NCBI GenBank assembly: GCA_963765765.1
Contig: CAVXYC010000017.1
Span: 71,125-135,124, forward strand
DNA length: 64,000 nt
Reading direction: 5' to 3'
Origin: an uncultured Chloroflexia bacterium
Lineage (GTDB): Bacteria > Chloroflexota > UBA6077 > JACCZL01
This document shows, in pieces, positions 10,702 to 20,620 of the stretch. A model generated the notes under the pieces. The model was not told where the DNA came from. It did not search any database and was given only the letters and a program-made list of their open reading frames with translations. Each line of letters begins with the position of its first letter. The first letter of the stretch is position 1. Position numbers and translations under genes: made by a program.

Positions 10702-11253
10702 TCAGCCGAGTCCGTGCAGCGCCCGGTACGTCGGTAGCGATTCAGGAAGCTCGGCGGGCAGGCGCTCCCCTTTGTAGTGTTTACGGAATTCGCTCGCCAG
10801 GCCGGCCGCCAGCTCTGACATGGGAAGGTAGTACCAGCAGGCAAGGACGCGTTCCGCGAAGAGCCACTCCCGGTCAATCCGAACGTAGCGGTCAGAATAG
10901 CGAAACGCTGCGATGAAAGCCTGCCCGTCAAGAACCATCTCAGCATGGGCTCTGACCTGACCGTGGCCAGTGTCCAGGGAATCAAACTCGATCTGGTGCG
11001 TATGCGGGTAGTGGAATGTGACGCCATAAGTCTTGAAGCGCTCGGCGTAGTAGCTGCGAATCGCAGCCCGACCGTCAAGTCGAAACATGCCATCGGCGTG
11101 GCGCATCAAGCCGTCCTCGGCGTAGACGCCGGTAAAGGATTCCAGGTCACGATCGTCAATGGCACTGCAGTAGCGCCTGACCAGATCCTGAATTGCGATG
11201 CGATCCTCCATTCGCTGCAGACGTGCCAGAAGATCCGTTTCAGCGTGGCTCAT
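10702..11253 (-). CDS. SnoaL-like / NTF2 family protein
   Basis: LQRMEDRIAIQDLVRRYCSAIDDRD...RYSDRYVR..WLFAER. Confidence 0.85.
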   Translation of the reverse strand: MSHAETDLLARLQRMEDRIAIQDLVRRYCSAIDDRDLESFTGVYAEDGLMRHADGMFRLDGRAAIRSYYAERFKTYGVTFHYPHTHQIEFDSLDTGHGQVRAHAEMVLDGQAFIAAFRYSDRYVRIDREWLFAERVLACWYYLPMSELAAGLASEFRKHYKGERLPAELPESLPTYRALHGLG

Positions 11254-11591
11254 GAGCGATTGGGCTGCCTGATGAAGAGTCGCTCCTCGAGCTGCACGGA
11301 CTCATGGACGCTAATGCCGCGGTCCTTCCAGGCGTAGAACTCGGCATTGATGGCCTGTCGCTCCGGAGTGCGCATCTCCGCTATTGCGATCGCCATATCG
11401 TCAGTGGAGGTCTCATACTCGGTGATGTAGACACGCTCACCGTTGAGCTCGCCCACCAGCCGGCGCGCACTGTAGAAGTGTGGCACCGCCTCCATGAGGC
11501 TCGGCATGTACTCGCTCTCATACCAAGCATTGAACTCGTCTTCTAATTCCTGCTTCAGTACCAGTCGTACCTGGTAGATGGCTCTAGCCAT
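11250..11591 (-). CDS. DUF4286/EthD-like dimeric alpha-beta barrel protein
   Basis: EDEFNAWYESEYMP...VPHFYSARR...YITEYE pattern; ATGA overlap with the next gene. Confidence 0.6.
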   Translation of the reverse strand: MARAIYQVRLVLKQELEDEFNAWYESEYMPSLMEAVPHFYSARRLVGELNGERVYITEYETSTDDMAIAIAEMRTPERQAINAEFYAWKDRGISVHESVQLEERLFIRQPNRS

Positions 11592-11648
11592 GCGACTCTC
11601 CCGGTTGCAGCTTCGGTGGTCCGCGAGTCTATCAGAAGGGCAGGGAGA

Positions 11649-12887
11649 TCACGTCTGTGTCGCAGCCTGCCGTATTGATTGATGAACGGAACCGAACTCG
11701 GCGCGTAGTTTCAACATAGCCAGCGACCCTGCCAGCCCCACGCCGCCCATAACCAGCCACGTGAGCAGGGGAAAACCGATGGATATGGAGATGTCGTAAA
11801 GTGCTCCGCCCAGCAGGTTCCCCAGCGATCCGCCAATGGCAAATGCGAGCATCGAAAACCCGATATATGCGCCCATCTTGCCTGGCGGTGCGATTTCAGA
11901 CACGAGATTGAGCTGCACGGGGTCAATGATCAAGCGACCCATGCCGTATAGCGCGATACAGGCCAGCATTAACGTAAATGTGGGCGACAGTCCAAAGAGT
12001 AGTAGCCCCGCCCCCATACACGTGAGTCCAATGGTGATGGCCACAAAGGGTTGAATGTGCACAGCGACGAATCTAGCAACGGGGTACTGCAGCGCGATGC
12101 CCATCCCCGCCGTGAGTGCATAGATTACTCCCGGTGTCGATGTGTCACCTGTTACCGCCATAGCAGCCAGGGGCACCGCGATGAAGAGCTGGTTGTACAG
12201 AAACCAGAAGGTGGTGAGCGCAGCCGTAAAGCGAACGAACCTGCGATCACGCGCTGCCATGAGAAGTCCTTGTAGTGATTCCTTCAGATCCACGGTCTGA
12301 CCGGTTCGCGGCGGTGTTGGTAAGAGAATCAGGGATTGCAGGGAGATCAGCAGGAAAAATGCGCCAGAAACGACTCCGATGACCTTGAAGTCATACGGGA
12401 GCAGCAGTACGCCAATCAGAGGGCCAATTGTGGATCCGATTGCGCCAGCCATGTTGGACAGGGCGAATGCGCGTTGTCTTGCCAGCCCCGGGGCGGTGTA
12501 ATGGGCGATTCCTGCTCGGCTGGGTGCGTCGAAGAGCATGCCGCCCAGTCCACTGAGCGCCGCGCCTAAAAATAGTCCCGTTTCAGATTCGGCATAGCCC
12601 CAGACGAAGAATCCCGTTGCCCGAATTGCCATGCCTAACACGATCATCGGCTTGTGGCCAATTTGATCAGCAGCGGCGCCACCGAACATCGTCAGCCCTT
12701 GCTGCAAGACAATCCTCAGAGCAAGCGCAGCCCCGACCGCTGCCGCCGAAATCCCGAGTTGCCCCGTGAACCTCACGGACAGTAATGGGAAGATCATGAA
12801 GAAGCCGACGCTAGTGAAGAACGAGTTGGCGATGAGGACCGCGACGGCCCGTACCGAGGTCATTGGCTTCGCTGGATGAGATGTCAC
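11649..12887 (-). CDS. MFS transporter (MdtH-like)
   Basis: About 12 hydrophobic segments; QQGLTMFGGAAADQIGHKPMIVLGM motif A. Confidence 0.85.
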   Translation of the reverse strand: MTSHPAKPMTSVRAVAVLIANSFFTSVGFFMIFPLLSVRFTGQLGISAAAVGAALALRIVLQQGLTMFGGAAADQIGHKPMIVLGMAIRATGFFVWGYAESETGLFLGAALSGLGGMLFDAPSRAGIAHYTAPGLARQRAFALSNMAGAIGSTIGPLIGVLLLPYDFKVIGVVSGAFFLLISLQSLILLPTPPRTGQTVDLKESLQGLLMAARDRRFVRFTAALTTFWFLYNQLFIAVPLAAMAVTGDTSTPGVIYALTAGMGIALQYPVARFVAVHIQPFVAITIGLTCMGAGLLLFGLSPTFTLMLACIALYGMGRLIIDPVQLNLVSEIAPPGKMGAYIGFSMLAFAIGGSLGNLLGGALYDISISIGFPLLTWLVMGGVGLAGSLAMLKLRAEFGSVHQSIRQAATQT

Positions 12888-13132
12888 GCGGCAAGCTTTC
12901 CGAAGTCGAACTGGAATTCTTGGTCGGCACTTGAGAAAGGCGCGAATAGCTTAAGCACTTTGCGCGCACAGTGGACTAATGGGAAAATCTGCGTCAAAGC
13001 CTAAAACGCTCAACAAAAATTCAACCCACAATCGTTATCCCTGCGCACGACACAGCCGCTTGCTGGGCTGACTGGAGATATATGCTGAGGGATTCGAGGC
13101 CGCTCGAAAAGCGTTTTCCCAATCCCTCAGTC

Positions 13133-13312
13133 TCCGAAGCCTCGTACCAGGAGCATGGGCTACGGCGGAGTCCACTCTTCGGTCCCGGTCAGAGCCATGG
13201 AATCGCCATGGCATGCATCATATGGACTCGCACCAGAACGCTGATGGGACCTGGATTGCCACCGTCAATTGGTTCACTTCGGTGCTGCTCCTCGATAGTC
13301 GGCGGGTATTCC
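13133..13312 (-). ncRNA. Candidate structured ncRNA (6S RNA-like rod)
   Basis: Nested complementary blocks (GAGGAGCA/TGCTCCT, ACGGTGGCAATCCA/TGGACTCCGCCGT, GGTCCC/GGGACC) over about 180 nt; upstream TTAACA-N18-TACCGT; downstream hairpin. Confidence 0.45.
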
Positions 13313-13397
13313 GAGCACGGTAGGACGGCGATTCGCGTCCTGTTAAATGTTGAGCCAGCGTCTCTGGAGCGGGTATACTCCCACCCCAGTGAAGCGC

Positions 13398-13473
13398 GGG
13401 CGATTAGCTCAGTTGGTCAGAGCGCACGGTTCACATCCGTGAGGTCACTGGTTCGAGCCCAGTATCGCCCACC
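13398..13473 (+). tRNA. tRNA-Val(CAC)
   Basis: GGGCGATTAGCTCAGTTGG...CACGG-TTCACAT-CCGTG...GGTTCGAGCCC...TCGCCCA. Confidence 0.95.
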
Positions 13474-13488
13474 CGCATTCGAACATGA

Positions 13489-13517
13489 AGCGCACCCGTG
13501 TGGGGTGCGCTTTTTTG
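13489..13517 (+). terminator. Intrinsic terminator after tRNA-Val
   Basis: gcgcaccc-gtgtg-gggtgcgc followed by a T run. Confidence 0.8.
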
Positions 13518-13978
13518 CGTCCCGCCGACCCTAAATTTAGGAGCCAACTGTGTCCTAGTTGCTCGCAAATCGCCGATCGTCTCTCATTCGGCGGTTTTGG
13601 ACGAATGATCATTGTCGTAGTGGTTACGCTGCTCTTTCTTATGGTCTTTGTCTCGGGAGCCACCGTGCAGGCTGGCTAGGTCAGCGTGCTCCCGACGCTT
13701 GGCCGCGTGAATGCCGGCGTTCTGGAACCTGGCTTTCATCTCACCGTTCCCGATGGCTCAGCGCATCCTTCAGGCGGACACCCGCTTACTTCCGCACGCT
13801 TTAGAAAGATCGCAGCTGCGATTGGGGAGTATCAGACTGTCCGATTGACTGGCACGATAACTACCACCGAAGGATCCTGTTGTCCGGAGGCGATTTACCG
13901 CGCTGAGGAGCCCTCGGCGCGGCACAAGACCACCGCGCCACAAAGACTTCGCTACCAACATGCGGTCTTCAACCAACG

Positions 13979-14013
13979 AAAAAGAGTGGCCTCCACAGAG
14001 GAGAGCCACTCTT
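13979..14013 (-). terminator. Intrinsic terminator of the DUF3105 gene
   Basis: aagagtggc...gccactctt stem with a T tract on the minus strand. Confidence 0.7.
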
Positions 14014-14032
14014 ACGTTTCCAGGTTCTAGCC

Positions 14033-14647
14033 CTACAGCGCCTGCTCTGGCCCCTTATCGACATACGCGTTGTAGAAGCGCAGCAGTTGATCGTAGTCGA
14101 ACTCGTCGAGCTCCTGTATCTTGCCCCATGCCGCGAAGGCGATCTTCGAGCTCATCCCGGGGTAAGGGGTTGCCACCAGTTTGACACGATTGAACGCTCG
14201 GCTGCGCGGCAGGTTTACAGACGCGTCGCGGAGCTGTGCCACAACATCTGGACAGGGCTCAGCGCAGTTGTAGAGCACCACAACTCCGCCATGTTCCAGG
14301 TTGTGAACCCAGTAGCCCGGTGGGATTGTCTGTTCGCTAACGCCATAGGGCGCAGTCACGGGGTAATGTGTGCCCGATGCAGGTGGATTGTTCTGGTATG
14401 AGATCACCGAGCCCTCGTCTACGTGGTTCTGACCTTCTATCGGAACATTTCGGCCGATGGTCTCTCTCGAGCCCAGGACGAGCCAGAGAAGTCCAACGAA
14501 GACGGCAACGGCCAGCGCAATGAGCGAGCCAATGATGAGCTTGCGCCGTGTTTTCTGCTTGGCTCGAGCCTTCTCCACGCGATTGCGACGCTCGTCTCGA
14601 GTTCGGTTTCGTCGCTCCCGTTTTGTGGCTCCGACATCCTGAGTCAT
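14033..14647 (-). CDS. DUF3105 domain-containing membrane-anchored protein
   Basis: PPASGTHY, VHNLEHGGVVVLY and AAWG motifs; basic N-terminus plus TM helix. Confidence 0.9.
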   Translation of the reverse strand: MTQDVGATKRERRNRTRDERRNRVEKARAKQKTRRKLIIGSLIALAVAVFVGLLWLVLGSRETIGRNVPIEGQNHVDEGSVISYQNNPPASGTHYPVTAPYGVSEQTIPPGYWVHNLEHGGVVVLYNCAEPCPDVVAQLRDASVNLPRSRAFNRVKLVATPYPGMSSKIAFAAWGKIQELDEFDYDQLLRFYNAYVDKGPEQAL

Positions 14648-14659
14648 TTCGGCTTGGCC

Positions 14660-15139
14660 TTAAACGCGCGCTGCCACGGCGGTTTCGCCAATGGCAAGCG
14701 CACTGTCGACGGAGTGAACGACGCCAAGACTGGTGGCGATCTCAATGGCTCGCTGCGCCAGCGCATCGTTTGGCACGGTACCCAGAAGTGTTACTTCGCC
14801 CAATTGAGAGATCACTTGAATGGCTTGTGAGGCAAGGTCGCTATCCTGCGCCAGTGCGAGCGCAACGTCCCGCGCTATCTCGGGATCAGCCACGATCTGG
14901 TTGTGTACGGCCCGAACGCCCTCAACTCGAAACAGCAGCGCTTCGATGAGCTGTTTCTGAGCCCAGGAGCGCACCCTCCCGCTGACATAGACAACTTGAT
15001 GCTCGACGTCGACGGCGAGCTGGGCGCCCGACGCTCGAAGTGGCTCATAGTCCCAGAGCGCGTTTCTGACTTTGAAGAAGAGCCGCCGATCCGTTTCATC
15101 CGCGGCAACCGGGGGGCCTTGAATCCACTGGTGTGCCAT
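14660..15139 (-). CDS. BON domain-containing protein (two BON domains)
   Basis: VYVSGRV...VEGVRAVHNQI and GEVTLLGTV...GVVHSV patterns. Confidence 0.8.
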   Translation of the reverse strand: MAHQWIQGPPVAADETDRRLFFKVRNALWDYEPLRASGAQLAVDVEHQVVYVSGRVRSWAQKQLIEALLFRVEGVRAVHNQIVADPEIARDVALALAQDSDLASQAIQVISQLGEVTLLGTVPNDALAQRAIEIATSLGVVHSVDSALAIGETAVAARV

Positions 15140-15230
15140 TCCGTCTCCAGTTACTGAGCCCAGCCCACGGGCTAAGCGTTCGCGCTAATCATAATGGGAG
15201 CAGGCTAGTTCACGCCGCGAAGAACTGAAC

Positions 15231-15557
15231 CTACGAGTTTGCCCGCTGAGACGCCACGATGGTGCGCAACTCCGCGACCTCGGTTTCCAGCTCACGCACG
15301 CGCTCGGAGAGGCGGACGATCGCTTCCACGCCCGCCAGATTTACTCCAAGGTCCTGGATCAATCGTTTGATTTGCTGAGCCTGCGCAATGTTGCGCATCG
15401 AGTACCGCCGTACGTTCCCCTTGGAACGAGCCGGTGTGAGGAGCCCCGCTCGCTCGTAGTATCGAAGTGTCTGGGGATGCACGCTGAGCATTTCGGCTGC
15501 TACTGAGATGACGTAACAGCCAAAGTCCTCGTCGAATGGCGGTCTCGAGCTCCTCAT
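15231..15557 (-). CDS. hspR: Heat-shock repressor HspR (MerR family)
   Basis: YVISVAAEM..HPQTLRYYER.GL...LGVNLAGV; directly downstream of a dnaJ-type gene. Confidence 0.85.
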   Translation of the reverse strand: MRSSRPPFDEDFGCYVISVAAEMLSVHPQTLRYYERAGLLTPARSKGNVRRYSMRNIAQAQQIKRLIQDLGVNLAGVEAIVRLSERVRELETEVAELRTIVASQRANS

Positions 15558-15558
15558 G

Positions 15559-16461
15559 TCAACGAGCAGCTCGCAGAGATGCGAGCTGCTTGATCAGCTC
15601 ACGCTCTCGATCACTGAGATCCTCGGGAACGGTCAATCGAATTTCGGCATAGAGATCACCGCGGCCCGTGCCTCTGAGTCTGGGCATACCTTGCCCCGTC
15701 AGGCGAAACCGCTGACCGCCGCGGGTCCCCGCCGGTATGGCCAGTGCGAGTCGACTCCCGGCCGGTGTCGGAACCTCGACTTCTCCCCCAAGTGCCGCTC
15801 GGTAGAATGGGATGTCGACAACGGTCTTGAGATCATCGCCGCTGCGCTCGAAGCGCGAGTCAGGCACCAGTCTGACAATCAGGATGAGATCGCCCGCCGC
15901 GGCGCCGCCTATTCCAGGCCGGCCCTGGCCCGCCATTCGGATTCGGGTGCCATTGTCCACGCCAGGCTGGATCGTGACTTCCAGCGTCTTTGAGGCCTCG
16001 CCTGGCTGCGCCACCTGTACGCGCCGCCTAGTGCCTGCAATGGCTTCAGCCAGGGTGACTTCAATAGGCTGCTCGACCGTTTGACCGCGCCGAGTCGCGC
16101 TTCCTCCGGGCCGCTTGCGGCCGACGCCCTGGAGAAGCTGATCAATGAGATTTTCCATCCCCGGAGCACTTCCAAAGCCTCCGTTCGTGCTCCACTGGAA
16201 GTCTCCGAACCCGGTGCCCTGCGGACCGCCTGCGCGCCCGTTCCCAACGTGACCGAAGCGATCGTACTGTGCACGCTTCTGCTTGTCGCTCAGCACCTCG
16301 TACGCCTCGCTGATCTCTCGAAAGCGCGACTCCGCCGCCCGGTTCTCGGGATTCATGTCCGGGTGGTGTTCTCGAGCGAGTCGACGATAGGCCTGTCGAA
16401 TCTCTTTGTCCGAGGCGCTCTTGGAGACGCCGAGCACTGAATACAGATCGCGTGTTGGCAT
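15559..16461 (-). CDS. DnaJ-class chaperone without zinc finger (CbpA/DnaJ2-like)
   Basis: J-domain with HPD, G/F-rich region, C-terminal DnaJ domain, no CxxCxGxG. Confidence 0.9.
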   Translation of the reverse strand: MPTRDLYSVLGVSKSASDKEIRQAYRRLAREHHPDMNPENRAAESRFREISEAYEVLSDKQKRAQYDRFGHVGNGRAGGPQGTGFGDFQWSTNGGFGSAPGMENLIDQLLQGVGRKRPGGSATRRGQTVEQPIEVTLAEAIAGTRRRVQVAQPGEASKTLEVTIQPGVDNGTRIRMAGQGRPGIGGAAAGDLILIVRLVPDSRFERSGDDLKTVVDIPFYRAALGGEVEVPTPAGSRLALAIPAGTRGGQRFRLTGQGMPRLRGTGRGDLYAEIRLTVPEDLSDRERELIKQLASLRAAR

Positions 16462-16531
16462 ATAGGCCGGTTCAATCCCCTCGGAGGATTCTAAAGGCTG
16501 ACTATCTCGTTATCAAGAACGGTGCGCGATG

Positions 16532-16921
16532 TCACTGAAAGAGTGGAAACTCGGCACTCTGATGGAGGCTGAGACTATTCGGTCGGCGCAGGATGAATCG
16601 ACGTAGTGCGACGAATGCGAGAAGGTGAAGGCAGAGAACCCCAATCACGAGTCCAAGCCAGATGCGCCGGCTAACCACAGGAACGCTCATTGATTGCAGC
16701 ACGAGTATGGATGCTCCCGCGATGGCGAGGATCGCCATGCTTGCGCACGCGAGTCTGAGAAATCGGGACTGCGGGCTCTCGATGATCCAGTGGGGGATAC
16801 CTCGAAAGGCGTAAATCGCCGCGGCCCCCACGATGATGAACTGGATGAATAGAGCCAGATAAATTGGGCTCGCGGGCGGCTCGCTGAGCTCAGCGAACCA
16901 GAATGAGATCCAGAAATCCAT
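16532..16921 (-). CDS. Hypothetical membrane protein (about 3 TM)
   Basis: 129-aa ORF with three hydrophobic segments. Confidence 0.6.
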   Translation of the reverse strand: MDFWISFWFAELSEPPASPIYLALFIQFIIVGAAAIYAFRGIPHWIIESPQSRFLRLACASMAILAIAGASILVLQSMSVPVVSRRIWLGLVIGVLCLHLLAFVALRRFILRRPNSLSLHQSAEFPLFQ

Positions 16922-17213
16922 TATGCTGCTCGGGTCTCAGAATTGATGGCGGGGATCGTGTTTTGAACCATAAGTGCGATGTGATAGCCGCTTGAGCGGC
17001 GGGGCAAAGATTGGGCATTTCGTACCAGGTTATTTACCCCATCAAGGCTGGTACAGTAGCGCAACTCAATTGGGATGATTGCTTGCGAATGGCAATTCTG
17101 CCAAATGAGGGCATTCGAAGGATCGATTGCGGGCTATCCGATCTGAGCCTGGACAATAATAAGGTGGGCCCAGGTCATTTCGGGCGACTGACTTGCCCCG
17201 GTGGAGGAGATTT

Positions 17214-18572
17214 ATGACAGCTACCCGAAATCTCGCTTGGTCTCGTGTCTTAGTTGGAATCGCAGCCATGATGGTTGCGCTCTGGAGTGTCGGATGCACC
17301 TCAGCACCGGCTGCAAGCCCAACCAGCGCGCCGTCGAAGCCCGCTGAGCCAGCTAAGCCCGCCGGGGCGGCGTCACCCGCGGCCGCGGGCTCACCATCAG
17401 CGGCGGCAAGTCCGGCGGCCAAACCTGCCGAGCCTGCACCGGCGGCTAAGGCGGCCACCGGTCCGGCGATCAAGATTGGCGTGCTGCATTCTGTTACCGG
17501 ACCGTTTCTGTTCGAAGGCGTTGGCGGTAATGAGGGACTAAAGCTCTACTGGGATTCGGAGAACAACCAGGTCAACGGACGCCCGGTCCAGTTCATCTTC
17601 GAGGACACCGAGGGGAATCCGAACAATGCGCTAACGAAAGTGCGCAAGCTCGTTGAGCAGGACCAGGTTCAGCTCCTCGTTGGACCAATTGGGAGTAACG
17701 AGGCGCTGGCAATTCGCGACTACGTTCACGCGAACAAAGTGCCGATGGTGCTTGGATACTCGATTGCCAAAGATCTCACCCAGGATAAGGCCAGTCCGTA
17801 CGTTTTCAGAACGGTTGGCAGCCTTCAGATCGGCGCGGGAGGCGGCTGGTATGCGGCTGCGAAACTGAATTACAAGCGGGCGCTTGTGGTTTCCGCCGAT
17901 TACGCCGCGGGACGCGATGCGGCTGAGATGTTCAAGACGTACTTCGAGGGCGCGGGCGGAAAGGTGCTCAACGAGATCTTCGTTCCGCTCGGAGCCACTG
18001 ACGTAGCGCCATACATTACTCAGCTACGGTCGGAGGTGGCCGGAGCCGATGTTCTCGTGTTACCGCAAATCGTGGGTGGCACGGCGAGTCAGTTCGTCAA
18101 GGCCTACGACCAATTTGGTCTCAAGGCTCAGATTCCTATGTACGCATCAGCGGTCACGTTTGATGAGGCGTCCACGCTCCCTCCGGCTGGCGATTCGGCC
18201 GTGGGACTCGTGAACTACGGCGAATGGGCCCTGACCCTCGACACGCCAGAGAATAAGCGCTTCGTCGAGTCCTTCCAGGCGAAGTACCAGAAGGAGCCTG
18301 GCCAGCATCATCTCTTTGGCTATATGGAGGGTCGCGTTATGGGCGAGGCGCTCAAAGCCGTTGGCGGCAACGCTGATGATAAAGACAAGGTCGCTGATGC
18401 GATGCGCAAGGTCACGTTCGAATCTCCGAAGGGGCCGTTCAAGTTCGACGAGAAGCAGCAGGCCGTTATAACGGTCTTCATTCGAAAGGTGGAGAACCAG
18501 GCTGGAACACTGCGAAATGTCGTGCTAGATCAAATCCCCGACGTGGATCAGTTCTGGAAGGCGCCGAGCTAA
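17214..18572 (+). CDS. Branched-chain amino acid-type ABC substrate-binding lipoprotein
   Basis: Lipobox SVGC, IKIGVLHSVTG, DYAAG and ESPKGPFKFD motifs; heads a liv-type operon. Confidence 0.9.
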   Translation: MTATRNLAWSRVLVGIAAMMVALWSVGCTSAPAASPTSAPSKPAEPAKPAGAASPAAAGSPSAAASPAAKPAEPAPAAKAATGPAIKIGVLHSVTGPFLFEGVGGNEGLKLYWDSENNQVNGRPVQFIFEDTEGNPNNALTKVRKLVEQDQVQLLVGPIGSNEALAIRDYVHANKVPMVLGYSIAKDLTQDKASPYVFRTVGSLQIGAGGGWYAAAKLNYKRALVVSADYAAGRDAAEMFKTYFEGAGGKVLNEIFVPLGATDVAPYITQLRSEVAGADVLVLPQIVGGTASQFVKAYDQFGLKAQIPMYASAVTFDEASTLPPAGDSAVGLVNYGEWALTLDTPENKRFVESFQAKYQKEPGQHHLFGYMEGRVMGEALKAVGGNADDKDKVADAMRKVTFESPKGPFKFDEKQQAVITVFIRKVENQAGTLRNVVLDQIPDVDQFWKAPS

Positions 18573-18601
18573 ACCGGGCTTCAGAGGCACGTAAGGGCAT
18601 G

Positions 18602-18656
18602 GTCGCGAATTGTCGTAGAGCGGGCCTCTGAGGCCCGCTCTACGACAATTCGCGAC
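18602..18656. repeat. Perfect 27-bp-arm palindrome (REP-like)
   Basis: gtcgcgaattgtcgtagagcgggcctc-t-gaggcccgctctacgacaattcgcgac. Confidence 0.9.
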
Positions 18657-18809
18657 GGTTTCAGCATTGACAATGTGGGTCCGCACAAACTCAACGTCTT
18701 GTGTCGACCGACCGGGCTGTAAGTTGACCTGGATTATAGGATTCGCGTCACCGGCGCGGGATCCGCGCACATCGCACGAGCAGCGTAGATATCAAAGGAC
18801 CGATGTTGG

Positions 18810-19664
18810 ATGTCGTACTGGTTTGAGCAGACTCTCAACGGCATCTCGTATGGGATGCTCCTGTTCCTGCTCACGGCTGGCCTCTCACTCATTACAGGCC
18901 TTATGGGGATTGTGAATCTAGCCCAGGGCTCGTATTACTTGGTCGCGGCCTATATCGGCCTGAGTGTCATCAATGCCACGCAGAATTTTGTGCTGGCGAT
19001 TCTAGCTGGCGCACTGGCGGTTGCGCTGCTCGGTGCAGTGATGCAGCGTTTCTTTTTGCATCGCTTTTACAAGAATGACCTCGCTCAGGTGCTCATGACA
19101 TTTGGCTTCCTGTTCGTGTTTCAAGACCTCGCGCTCATGAACTGGGGAGGCAACTCCTATCTCCTGCCGCCGCCATCATTCCTGGAGCAGTCGATACGCG
19201 TCGGGGACATCATTTATCCGAGCTACCGCGTGTTTGTCATTCTTATGGGCCTGCTGGTGGCCGCCGGCCTATGGTGGTTCCAGGAAAAAACCAAGGTAGG
19301 CGCCATCGTCCGTGCAGGTGTTGACGACGAGGAGATGTTGAGAGGCCTTGGAGTCAATGTACCGCTCCTGTTCACAGCAGTATTTGCGCTGGGCGCTGGA
19401 CTAGCGGGCCTCAGCGGCGTTCTGGGCGGTCCGTTCGCGGGCGTAGCTCCCGGCATGGATCTTCAGGTGCTGCTTCTGGGATTTGTGGTGCTCATCGTGG
19501 GCGGACTCGGAAGTTTGCGTGGCGCGTTCATCGCCTCGCTATTGGTCGGCCTACTGGACAACTTCGGCAAAGCGCTCTTCCCCGACCTGGCGCTGTTCAC
19601 CATTTTTGCCCCCATGGCGATCATTCTCGCTATCAAGCCGTCAGGTTTGTTCGGACGCGCATGA
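18810..19664 (+). CDS. livH: Branched-chain amino acid ABC permease LivH-type
   Basis: GLSLITGLMGIVNLAQG and GGLGSLRGA motifs. Confidence 0.85.
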   Translation: MSYWFEQTLNGISYGMLLFLLTAGLSLITGLMGIVNLAQGSYYLVAAYIGLSVINATQNFVLAILAGALAVALLGAVMQRFFLHRFYKNDLAQVLMTFGFLFVFQDLALMNWGGNSYLLPPPSFLEQSIRVGDIIYPSYRVFVILMGLLVAAGLWWFQEKTKVGAIVRAGVDDEEMLRGLGVNVPLLFTAVFALGAGLAGLSGVLGGPFAGVAPGMDLQVLLLGFVVLIVGGLGSLRGAFIASLLVGLLDNFGKALFPDLALFTIFAPMAIILAIKPSGLFGRA

Positions 19665-20620
19665 AGCGCTGGGTACTTGTTGCGGCGACCGCGCTTGTCA
19701 TACTGGCATTGATCATCGCGGGACAATCTCTCTCGCGGTACCACCTTGGCCTGCTCACCCAAGTTCTGATCTTTGGCATCTTTGCCATGAGCCTCGATCT
19801 ACTCGTCGGATATACCGGCCTCCAATCGCTTGGACACGCGGCCTACTTTGGTGTGAGCGCGTACACCATCGCCATTCTTTCGAAACGCTTGACAGACAAC
19901 GTCATGATCGATGTGGCCGCCGGCCTCGTTGCAACGCTGTTGATCGCCGCGCTCTTTGGCCTGCTCACACTCAGGACCACCGGAGCGTACTTCTTGATGG
20001 CCACCATGGCTGTTGCCCAGGTGCTGTGGGGTATCGCTTATCGGTCGCGTAGTCTCACGGGCGGTGATGATGGTTTGCCGGGAATCTCCCGACCCGACAT
20101 TGGTCTTTCATGGCTCTCGCTCTGGGACACGACGAACTACTTTTACTTCACGTTGGCCATCGCCCTACTCGTCCTGCTGGTCCTCAACGTGATTGTGCGA
20201 TCACCGTTCGGCTACGCGCTTCAGGGTATCCGTGAGAGTGAAACTCGAATGCGAGCTCTCGGCTACAACACCTGGCGCTACAAGTACGCCGCGTTCGTGC
20301 TTGCGGGCTTCTTTGCCGGGGTCGCAGGGATGATCTACGTCTACTACAACAGTTTCGTGAGTCCCCACGAGCTGAGCGTGGTGCTTTCCGCTGAGGCGCT
20401 GCTCATGGTGATCCTTGGCGGTCCTGGCACGCTTTTCGGGGCACTCATCGGAGCAGGGACAATAGTGTTCCTACGGAATATCGTGAGCGGCATGACCGAT
20501 CGCTGGCTCCTCATTCTTGGCGCCGTCTACATTCTGGTGGTCCTGTTCGCTCCCCGGGGCATCGTTGGCGAGATCAAAGATCGATTGGACCGGAGGTCAC
20601 GTGCAGCCGTTGCGCGTTGA
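19661..20620 (+). CDS. livM: Branched-chain amino acid ABC permease LivM-type
   Basis: GYTGLQSLGHAAYFG, TGGDDG and SPFG..LQGIRESE motifs. Confidence 0.85.
   Translation: MKRWVLVAATALVILALIIAGQSLSRYHLGLLTQVLIFGIFAMSLDLLVGYTGLQSLGHAAYFGVSAYTIAILSKRLTDNVMIDVAAGLVATLLIAALFGLLTLRTTGAYFLMATMAVAQVLWGIAYRSRSLTGGDDGLPGISRPDIGLSWLSLWDTTNYFYFTLAIALLVLLVLNVIVRSPFGYALQGIRESETRMRALGYNTWRYKYAAFVLAGFFAGVAGMIYVYYNSFVSPHELSVVLSAEALLMVILGGPGTLFGALIGAGTIVFLRNIVSGMTDRWLLILGAVYILVVLFAPRGIVGEIKDRLDRRSRAAVAR

Noticed and set aside
9735-11093. 452-aa ORF as a single large protein
   Set aside because: It is the DtxR gene extended by an upstream shadow frame and a frameshift that reads through the tRNA.
13740-13790. 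TPP-riboswitch-like GGGTG...GCTGAG on the minus strand
   Set aside because: The downstream conserved core and a plausible regulated gene are missing.
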